Origin: Bacteroidota bacterium
GTDB taxonomy: Bacteria; Bacteroidota; Bacteroidia; Chitinophagales; Chitinophagaceae
Reading direction: 5' to 3'
NCBI GenBank assembly: GCA_031384415.1
Contig: JANNAM010000001.1
Coordinates: 30,168-62,167 of the forward strand
Length of the DNA stretch: 32,000 nt
Shown: piece after piece, positions 25,485 through 32,000 of the stretch
Position numbering within the stretch: the first letter of the stretch is position 1
Layout: every line of letters begins with the position of its first letter
Translations under genes and position numbers: made by a program
The notes under the pieces: model-generated
Seen by the model: the letters and a program-made list of their open reading frames with translations, nothing else
What the model was told of the DNA's origin: nothing
Database searches by the model: none

Positions 25485-27161
25485 TTATTTTACAAATGTT
25501 GTCGGATTGATTTCAGCGATCTGTTTAATTTCCTCAGCAGATAAATGCGCCTGTATATCTGTCCAGAATTTTTTATCGGTTCCTTTTTGCCGCACCACAT
25601 AAAAATCGGTGCCGTATAAAATACGTTCCCGTAAATGTGGCACCTGCAGTGAAGATTTTAAGAGTGCAATTATTTTTTCATCATAAATAATAAAACTTAT
25701 GTCGGCATAAACGTTTGGATAATCGGGATTCATTATTATACTCCGTATGATGCTGTACCATGTTTCCTGTTTCCAGGATGCAGCAAGTGCAGGATTTTGA
25801 AATTGCTGAAAATAAAGCGGGCTTTGAGCAAATTTATTATCATAATTGTTGCGGTCGGCAGCAATATATTTTTCCCACTCATCTTCGCCGCCAAAATGGC
25901 CAAAGCATAATTTAAGTTTCCGCAAATCGTTAAGCAATTCAGACTCTTCTGCAGTAGCAGCTTTTATAAAGCCGTAAAGCTTGTATAATTTATCAGTAAG
26001 CGGTTCCCCTTCTTTTAAATCAAACAAAACTATTTTTAAAAACACAGGGTCGAGCAGGCAGAGATAATTAAGCGGATGCGTAAAATTTACCGTGAAATCA
26101 ATGTTTTTAAATTCTTTCAGTTTCATTTTATCTTCTTTGCCTTCCCATTTTTCTTTAAAAACCGGATGAAAATCCCATTCAGCCTTTTTCATGCCCCTGT
26201 AAAAAATTACTCCCCTTATGCAATGAGTTAATACAGGTATTTCATTTTTGCAGGCATATAAAAACAGTTCCAGCAAATGTTTATCAAAAGGATAATAACC
26301 CAGTGCCGGGTAAATTTTTATTCCGCTAAACTCGTGTTTCTCTAAGCAATCAATTACCGTTTGATAATATCCGGGCTGTGCTGCAAAACGGCGGGGGTCG
26401 GCAAATACAAAGGGTTTCAGCGTAAGGCCATGATCGGGATGCTGCTTTAATTTAATCAGTTCATCTAACTGTTGCAGGTAATTAAAGCTGGGTTTTCCGG
26501 CTTTTAAATAATCCATATCCATTGGCAGCACAACAAAATTAGCGCCTGCCGGATAGCTTTTTGTTAACACAGTATAAATGTAACGCTGGCTCCTGTTTTT
26601 ACTGAGCAATGCAATATTGTAATACCGTTTTAATAATTGAATGTTGGCACTGCCCATGATAATTTTTAAAAAAGAAAAAGCTGCAAACAGCAAAAGCTTC
26701 ACCACATTGCGTACGGCTTTAAACAAAATGATGCCCACCAAAAGTATAATTGCTTTCCACCACCAGTTTATTCCAATAAGAATTTTTACATACTCGTTGC
26801 TAACACTCCAGTTTAAAAATTTAATTATGTATTCGTTTGTAAAAAAACGCCTCAAAAAACTAAGTGTAATAAATGTACAAACAGCAATTACAGATAACCT
26901 GATTAACCATGCCAAAAATTTTGATATTGCGTTATGTTCTGTCAGCCTTCCCCACCAAAAATAAAATCTCTTGAGTGGTGTTTTAAAAAACCACCAGGCA
27001 TTTTTTAGCCAGCCATCGTTGGCGCTTCGCACAATTGCAATAAGCCATTTTATATTTAACAGATAATAAAATGGAAAAGGCATCAGTGTTTTACCAAGGT
27101 ATGGCGGCACATGATCGCCGGTGAAGATGTGAGTGTGACAGTTGGTGATTTTGGTGGACAT
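25485..27161 (-). CDS. Amidohydrolase-fold (amidohydrolase_2-like TIM-barrel metallohydrolase) protein interrupted by a ~145-aa hydrophobic, Trp-rich membrane insertion
   Basis: The HxH motif is at the extreme N-terminus (NCHTHIF, H9/H11). Later come VLTHCIRG, CFGHFGG and ILYGTDFYVV, in the order expected for the metal and catalytic ligands. Residues ~27-170 contain 3-4 hydrophobic helices and 11 Trp. The gene starts 12 nt after the upstream gene's stop. Confidence 0.6.
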   Translation of the reverse strand: MSTKITNCHTHIFTGDHVPPYLGKTLMPFPFYYLLNIKWLIAIVRSANDGWLKNAWWFFKTPLKRFYFWWGRLTEHNAISKFLAWLIRLSVIAVCTFITLSFLRRFFTNEYIIKFLNWSVSNEYVKILIGINWWWKAIILLVGIILFKAVRNVVKLLLFAAFSFLKIIMGSANIQLLKRYYNIALLSKNRSQRYIYTVLTKSYPAGANFVVLPMDMDYLKAGKPSFNYLQQLDELIKLKQHPDHGLTLKPFVFADPRRFAAQPGYYQTVIDCLEKHEFSGIKIYPALGYYPFDKHLLELFLYACKNEIPVLTHCIRGVIFYRGMKKAEWDFHPVFKEKWEGKEDKMKLKEFKNIDFTVNFTHPLNYLCLLDPVFLKIVLFDLKEGEPLTDKLYKLYGFIKAATAEESELLNDLRKLKLCFGHFGGEDEWEKYIAADRNNYDNKFAQSPLYFQQFQNPALAASWKQETWYSIIRSIIMNPDYPNVYADISFIIYDEKIIALLKSSLQVPHLRERILYGTDFYVVRQKGTDKKFWTDIQAHLSAEEIKQIAEINPTTFVK

Positions 27162-27173
27162 GGGCTGTTTTAC

Positions 27174-29108
27174 TTATTCTGATTTATCTTTTTTAGCGAA
27201 CAAGTTTGTTTTAAACCCAAATTGAAATTGTGGGTAATTATATTTTGCATCTCCTATTTGTGCAAAATGTGCATACCTGATATAAATTTTATTATTTGGA
27301 TTAGAGAAAGGATAATAATAAATAGTAGCCTGTGGATTAAATATGCAGATTGTTTCTCTATTCTTATACGGCGAGTTTTTTGGAGATTTTTGCCATAAAT
27401 ACTTTATAGATGCTTCCAGCCCGAAATTATCAAGACGGTTAATTGTATATTCTATTTCAGGGAAATAGTTTACCGTAACCAAATCCTTTTTATATATACT
27501 ATCTGCATTTGTTAAACTAATTTCTGCACCGGCATTTAAATACAACTGCTGGTTATTACCAATACCTAATCTAAAAATATTTGTCTTTAAGCCAGCTTGT
27601 AAGTAAGCAATTTGATTAAGATATAACCTGTTTATTACACTATCAACTTTATCCCGACTATTATTTATACTGTCCAATTGGCCAAATTTACTATCATACT
27701 TTGAAAGTCTGAAGTAAGCTTTTACAAAATTATGAATCATAAAATCCTTATTCCTCCAAATATTATTTGAATTAGTTAAAAATATTCCAGTTACCTGTGT
27801 CTGTATAATTCCATTTGCTTTTCTGCCAACCAGGGCAAGTAAATCTGAATATACATTTACATCTAATAGTTCGCTGATTGTAGATCCAGTATAAAGAGTG
27901 TCAATTGGATTTCGGGGTGTTAATATAGCCGTTTCATCACCCGGATAACTAAACTTTCCATTATAGACATAGTTAAATACCTGCCTAATCTCAATGATAT
28001 CATTATAGTCAATATCATCCACTCTTAAAACATCTCCTTTTCTTCTGTCTAATCTGTAAAGAGTAACAGGGGCCCATTTATTTCTAAATATTCTGCCATC
28101 AACTAAAGTAACTTTAATTCCATTTTTTCTTATTGCACCATTAGCCATAACAATCTCTACAGAAGCTATTTTAACTTCTGTTGAATCAATTCCGGGCCTT
28201 TTTGTACAATTCTTAATATTGACCAAAGAATCAACAAGCTTAAAATATCCAATAGATTTTTTAGTAGCTTTTTCATTAAATAAATCTTCAAGTTTATTAT
28301 TGATGATAGTCATTTGCTTTTCCGATTCTGTTGGCTCTTTTGGTTGTTTCTTTGCCATTTCAGCAATGTAATTGACATATTCATCTTCAGGAAGTGGGTC
28401 AAATTTTAAAGAGTCCAAACTTATATTACCCATTAATTTAGAAACCATTTCTTTTGTAAACCGAACAAATGTCTCTCTTTTGATATCTCCAAACACAATT
28501 TTAGTTATACAAGTATCAATTCCGGCAATAGTGTCTTTGCAAATTTTCATTTCTGTTTTTCCAGAATATTTTTTAAGTGTTAAATTAAAAAGATTAGTAG
28601 CATCATAACTAAAGTTATCTTTAAAAGAAGGGGTATCTATAACTTTTTTATCTTTTTTACTTTCAGCAATATACTTTTCATTTAATGCAGTTAATGAATC
28701 AATGATTTTTTTATCAGCTTCGTTTTTTTCATCTTCAGCAATTCTTTGACCAGCAGCTTTTTCTTCAACTGCAATAAAATCATTGGCACTTTCAAAAAGT
28801 ATATCAATATCATCATTTAAGCGATTGTCGGTTTTTGCTGTGGAATCAAATTTCGAAAGCAGGGTTTTAAAAACAGGTCGAAATATTGCCGGTGATTTAT
28901 AACCCATACCGATTATAGAATCGCAACAATTATTTGCATGTAATGAGGCATTTGCTTTACAAACAATCATTTTGTAACCAGTCATTTTATTTTTCTCAAA
29001 TTTCAATTCATAAACCGTTGAATCGAAAATAAACTTATGGGCATACTTTTGTGCAGTTGCAGAAAATTGTACCATCATAACAATAAGAAGTAAAAGTAAA
29101 TTACGCAT
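27174..29108 (-). CDS. Secreted protein of unknown family; C-terminal third looks like an outer-membrane beta-barrel
   Basis: The ATG at 29108 gives MRNLLLLLIVMMVQFSATAQ (the track start at 29129 is a TTG). The N-terminal half has two similar Cys-pair modules and Lys/Glu-rich linkers. The C-terminal ~230 aa have alternating hydrophobic beta-strand periodicity ending in YPQFQFGFKTNLF plus a short charged tail. The gene is markedly AT-rich. I recognise no family. Confidence 0.45.
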   Translation of the reverse strand: MRNLLLLLIVMMVQFSATAQKYAHKFIFDSTVYELKFEKNKMTGYKMIVCKANASLHANNCCDSIIGMGYKSPAIFRPVFKTLLSKFDSTAKTDNRLNDDIDILFESANDFIAVEEKAAGQRIAEDEKNEADKKIIDSLTALNEKYIAESKKDKKVIDTPSFKDNFSYDATNLFNLTLKKYSGKTEMKICKDTIAGIDTCITKIVFGDIKRETFVRFTKEMVSKLMGNISLDSLKFDPLPEDEYVNYIAEMAKKQPKEPTESEKQMTIINNKLEDLFNEKATKKSIGYFKLVDSLVNIKNCTKRPGIDSTEVKIASVEIVMANGAIRKNGIKVTLVDGRIFRNKWAPVTLYRLDRRKGDVLRVDDIDYNDIIEIRQVFNYVYNGKFSYPGDETAILTPRNPIDTLYTGSTISELLDVNVYSDLLALVGRKANGIIQTQVTGIFLTNSNNIWRNKDFMIHNFVKAYFRLSKYDSKFGQLDSINNSRDKVDSVINRLYLNQIAYLQAGLKTNIFRLGIGNNQQLYLNAGAEISLTNADSIYKKDLVTVNYFPEIEYTINRLDNFGLEASIKYLWQKSPKNSPYKNRETICIFNPQATIYYYPFSNPNNKIYIRYAHFAQIGDAKYNYPQFQFGFKTNLFAKKDKSE

Positions 29109-29157
29109 GATTATAGGTTTTGCTTGCAAAGATTTATATTAACATTAAAAAGTTCTA

Positions 29158-29194
29158 CCGTGTTTTACCCATTTACACACCCGTGTTTACACCC
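29158..29194. repeat. Direct repeat CCGTGTTT(T)AC(A)CCC x2, starts 22-23 nt apart, in the upstream region of the 27174-29108 gene
   Basis: CCGTGTTTTACCC (29158-29170) and CCCGTGTTTACACCC (29180-29194) read directly. They lie 50-86 nt upstream of the ATG at 29108. Confidence 0.5.
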
Positions 29195-29413
29195 GCCACT
29201 TTGCAGTTGCCTCATGTTCGAAAGAATATTTAGAAAAGGATATTATAAAAAGCCGGTTAGCTTAGCCGAGGGTGAGGGATTGAGCTAATTTAGTATGCAA
29301 TTCTGATAAAAAGAAGAGTTTGATAAAAAATATTTTTTATTATTTCTGCTGTAAGCAAAAAAAGTTAGGCTTAATGAAAATATTTAAAGCAGCATGTTAA
29401 AAGAAAAACTGCT

Positions 29414-31240
29414 TTAATTGGCAACTACAAAATCGGGTTTGCGGATAAAAGTGCTGTTGTATTTAAATAATAATTTGGTGGAAAATTCTACCCTGTAATT
29501 TTTCATTCCGGGAATTACTCTTGGGAAAAAATATCCCTTTAATTCCATCGTGCCAAACAACAGGTTTTCGTTGCGGCTGCGTATGCCGCTTCCAACTGCA
29601 GTAAAGACATCACTTTTGGCAAATGTTTTATTAATGGGAGTAACCATGCATACATCAGTAAAAACAAATGGGGCTAAGCGGAATCCAAGAATTTTATTGG
29701 TATTAAAAAAAACAGATTCTAATTTTAAGGTACTTCTAAAGTCGGCTGCTGTAGTTGCATTGTTAAAATATGGCAGCCCAAAATCGCTTTGCAAAAATAA
29801 GGGCGCACTTAAAACAGGATTAATAAGTTTTGTAAACCCTGCATTAATAAAATTTCTGTTAAGCCAGTTACCTTTCATTTTTTTTAACCTGGTAAAATGA
29901 GTGAGGTTGGCAAGCACATTTGCATCGGCAAATTTACCCGACTCATAATAACCACCCAGGCTGAGAAAATAGCTGCTGTAAATTCCCTTCTTAATAAAAT
30001 GCTCACGCCTGAAATCGAGCCCATAGTAAGGCCTGTGTTTGCCCTGCTGGTTAGTCCATCCGCCGGTAAAAGAAAGACTGTAGCCTTCCGGAACATCTTC
30101 GTTGCGGCCAAAACCATAAATAAAATTGGTCCGGTAAAATTCCTGTTTAAAAATATTTACAGATGCCAGTACACCGGTGTTGTCAGCATAATTATAATCG
30201 TATTGCAAAGCAGCTTTGGCAGGTATTTTATTAAACCTTCTGCTGTAAACCCTGAGGGCAATAAATTTACGCAGCCGGGTTTCCTTGTTGGTATATAAAT
30301 ATTTACGGCTGCCAAAATTGTAACCTGCCCATGCATCAGCATTAAAATATTCGTACCTGAAATCAGTTTTGTAAACTGAATCACCGGCGTAATAATTATT
30401 AAACGTTTTATTAAATGAAAAATTTACTGCACCAGTCCAGGGAATGTAAGCGCTAACCAGAGGTTTATCAAAACCAGTATAAAAAACAGATTCCTGCCTT
30501 CGGCCATTATTAAAGGCAGGCCCAAAATTTTTAAACCCAATGGTAAAATCAGCAAAACTTCCGGCAACATTACGGTTTACCATTTCGCCGCCATAGCCTG
30601 TTGATGGGCCCCGGTCCTTATCATAAAACCCATTGAGTGCAATACGGGTAGCCGATCCGTTAAAATTTTCTTCTTTCAGCACCATCCTTCCGCTTTTTGT
30701 ATTGCTTATTGTAACACTGCCGCCCAGTGAGAACACGTCTTTTGTAATTACAATAATATCCACAGAGTCTGCCCCCGAAAAAATGTCATCGGCTATAATC
30801 CTTGCATCCTGCAAATAAGGCAACTGGCGCAAATGGCGTTCATTGTCGGCAATCAAATAAGGAAATAAACGGTCGCCTTTGGCAAAAAATAAATTGTGGC
30901 GGATAACTTTTTCACGGGTGTTGTGGTGAAGTGTGTTGGCAACCCTGACACCAAAATTTCTTTTTATTAAAGTAGTATCATTGATGTTTCTTTCAAAACC
31001 CAGCGAAACAAATTCGATATTACGGATAATTTTCTTTTTAAACCTCAGGTAGGGGTTTTGTAACTGAATAGGTTCGTCAACCGGAGGATCGGTAGAAATA
31101 CTGCGGCCAAGCCTGCCCAGCAGCCCTTTCTTTTTTGCAAGAAAAAAAGTATCATTCTTTTCGACAGGCTGCTGTGCCACTATTTGCGGAGAAGCAAATA
31201 ACAAAACAAAAAAAATTGGCAAAGGGTAGAATTTTCCCAT
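29414..31240 (-). CDS. Omp85-superfamily (BamA/TamA-like) outer-membrane protein with a single POTRA-like domain
   Basis: Signal peptide MGKFYPLPIFFVLLFASPQIVAQ. A POTRA-like segment runs IIRNIEFVSLG...VIRHNLFFAKGDRLFPYLIADNERHLRQLPYLQDARI...SVDIIVITKDVFSL. A long Tyr/Gly/Asn-rich beta-barrel follows, with VGSGIRSRNENLLFG near the C-terminus. Family assignment is by eye only. Confidence 0.5.
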   Translation of the reverse strand: MGKFYPLPIFFVLLFASPQIVAQQPVEKNDTFFLAKKKGLLGRLGRSISTDPPVDEPIQLQNPYLRFKKKIIRNIEFVSLGFERNINDTTLIKRNFGVRVANTLHHNTREKVIRHNLFFAKGDRLFPYLIADNERHLRQLPYLQDARIIADDIFSGADSVDIIVITKDVFSLGGSVTISNTKSGRMVLKEENFNGSATRIALNGFYDKDRGPSTGYGGEMVNRNVAGSFADFTIGFKNFGPAFNNGRRQESVFYTGFDKPLVSAYIPWTGAVNFSFNKTFNNYYAGDSVYKTDFRYEYFNADAWAGYNFGSRKYLYTNKETRLRKFIALRVYSRRFNKIPAKAALQYDYNYADNTGVLASVNIFKQEFYRTNFIYGFGRNEDVPEGYSLSFTGGWTNQQGKHRPYYGLDFRREHFIKKGIYSSYFLSLGGYYESGKFADANVLANLTHFTRLKKMKGNWLNRNFINAGFTKLINPVLSAPLFLQSDFGLPYFNNATTAADFRSTLKLESVFFNTNKILGFRLAPFVFTDVCMVTPINKTFAKSDVFTAVGSGIRSRNENLLFGTMELKGYFFPRVIPGMKNYRVEFSTKLLFKYNSTFIRKPDFVVAN

Positions 31241-31278
31241 CTCTGTTCAAAAAGATTTTACCAAAGATAGAGTTTTGT

Positions 31279-32000
31279 TTAAACCTGTGAGGGTTGCCCA
31301 AGAATCCCTTCTATAAAGTCCTTTTTATCAAAAACCAATAAGTCCTGTGCTTTCTCCCCCACCCCTATAAACTTAACAGGAATTTTAAACTGGCTTGCAA
31401 TGGCCAGCACCACGCCACCTTTTGCAGTGCCGTCTAATTTGGTAATGGTCAGTGCTGTTACATCAGTGGCAGCTGTAAAATGTTTTGCCTGCTCAAGGGC
31501 ATTTTGCCCGGTACTGCCATCCAATACCAGCATCACTTCATGCGGTGCATCGGGAATAACTTTTTGTATAACACGTTTTATTTTGGTCAGCTCATCCATC
31601 AGGTGGGCTTTGTTATGCAGCCGGCCGGCGGTATCAATTAATATTACATCAACCTCTTTGCTTACGCCACTTTTTACAGTGTCAAAAGCTACAGATGCAG
31701 GGTCGCTGCCCATTTCTTTTTTAACAATGGGTACGCCAGTTCTTTCACTCCAGATGGTTAACTGGTCAACTGCTGCTGCCCTGAAAGTGTCGGCAGCGCC
31801 CAGCAAAACAGATTTACCGGCCAGTTTAAAATTATGCGCCAGTTTGCCAATGGTGGTGGTTTTGCCAACACCATTTACGCCTACTACTAAAATGATATGA
31901 GGTTTATGCCCGGCGGGCAATTCGTAGTTTTCATAGCTGCTGTCCTGTGGTGCATCAACAAGAATGTTTTGTATTTCTTCTTTAAGGATTGCATTAAGTT
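31279..32000 (-). CDS. ftsY: Signal recognition particle receptor FtsY (C-terminal NG domain; 5' end lies beyond the window)
   Basis: GVNGVGKTTTIGKLA, ADTFRAAAVDQL, DTAGRLHNK and TKLDGTAKGG are present. The reading frame stays open upstream of the track's TTG at 31920 through to position 32000 (...LNAILKEEIQNILVDAPQDSSYENYEL-PAGHK). Confidence 0.9.
   Translation of the reverse strand, partial: LNAILKEEIQNILVDAPQDSSYENYELPAGHKPHIILVVGVNGVGKTTTIGKLAHNFKLAGKSVLLGAADTFRAAAVDQLTIWSERTGVPIVKKEMGSDPASVAFDTVKSGVSKEVDVILIDTAGRLHNKAHLMDELTKIKRVIQKVIPDAPHEVMLVLDGSTGQNALEQAKHFTAATDVTALTITKLDGTAKGGVVLAIASQFKIPVKFIGVGEKAQDLLVFDKKDFIEGILGQPSQV

Noticed and set aside
24604-29129. Prophage remnant or lysis cassette interpretation of the lysozyme locus
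   Set aside because: No integrase, terminase, capsid, tail, small holin or spanin ORFs and no att-like repeats are visible within 7 kb on either side. Only the endolysin-like architecture is phage-like, so I report it as a chromosomal module rather than a mobile element.
29386-29415. Hairpin AAAGCAG-N16-CTGCTTT at the 3' end of the Omp85-like gene as a terminator
   Set aside because: The stem is only 7 bp and AT-rich with a 16-nt loop. It overlaps the stop codon and lacks a clear U-tract, so it is too weak to call.

Overview
This looks like a densely coding chromosomal segment from a Bacteroidota-type genome, probably Chitinophagia or Sphingobacteriia-like. That placement is inferred from a T9SS C-terminal sorting domain, a TAnnTTTG-type promoter box, the absence of Shine-Dalgarno sequences, bshC, and the general gene content. 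GC is roughly 40% by eye. I support 25 CDS and found no rRNA, tRNA, CRISPR array, transposase or integrase. On the minus strand, 0.1-3.7 kb carries a tightly packed yfiT-like/FKBP/ABC-ATPase/dps/fbp block. Next come lysC (+), a glycine-rich T9SS cargo protein, an L,D-transpeptidase and hppD (all -). On the plus strand, 9.4-17.7 kb reads DUF421, purK, a three-gene RND efflux operon (adaptor/pump/TolC), a four-helix-bundle (23S rRNA IVS-protein family) gene, and purE. After a repeat-rich non-coding stretch and a small AT-rich NTF2-like gene come bshC and rimO (-), a plug-containing outer-membrane beta-barrel receptor (+) and a clean bidirectional terminator. The last 7.4 kb is all minus strand: partial ftsY, a single-POTRA Omp85-like protein, then my main candidate for an undescribed system at 24.6-29.1 kb. 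That candidate is an AT-rich outer-membrane protein of unknown family, tightly followed by an amidohydrolase-fold enzyme interrupted by a Trp-rich membrane insertion, then a leaderless peptidoglycan-binding goose-type (GH23) lysozyme with phage-endolysin architecture but no phage context. The second most interesting structure is at the four-helix-bundle gene. Inverted arrays of a GGTTTGT heptamer flank it and can form a long-range stem of about 18 bp, and the downstream array is translated as an N-terminal extension of PurE. All protein calls rest on by-eye motif recognition; no database search was run.
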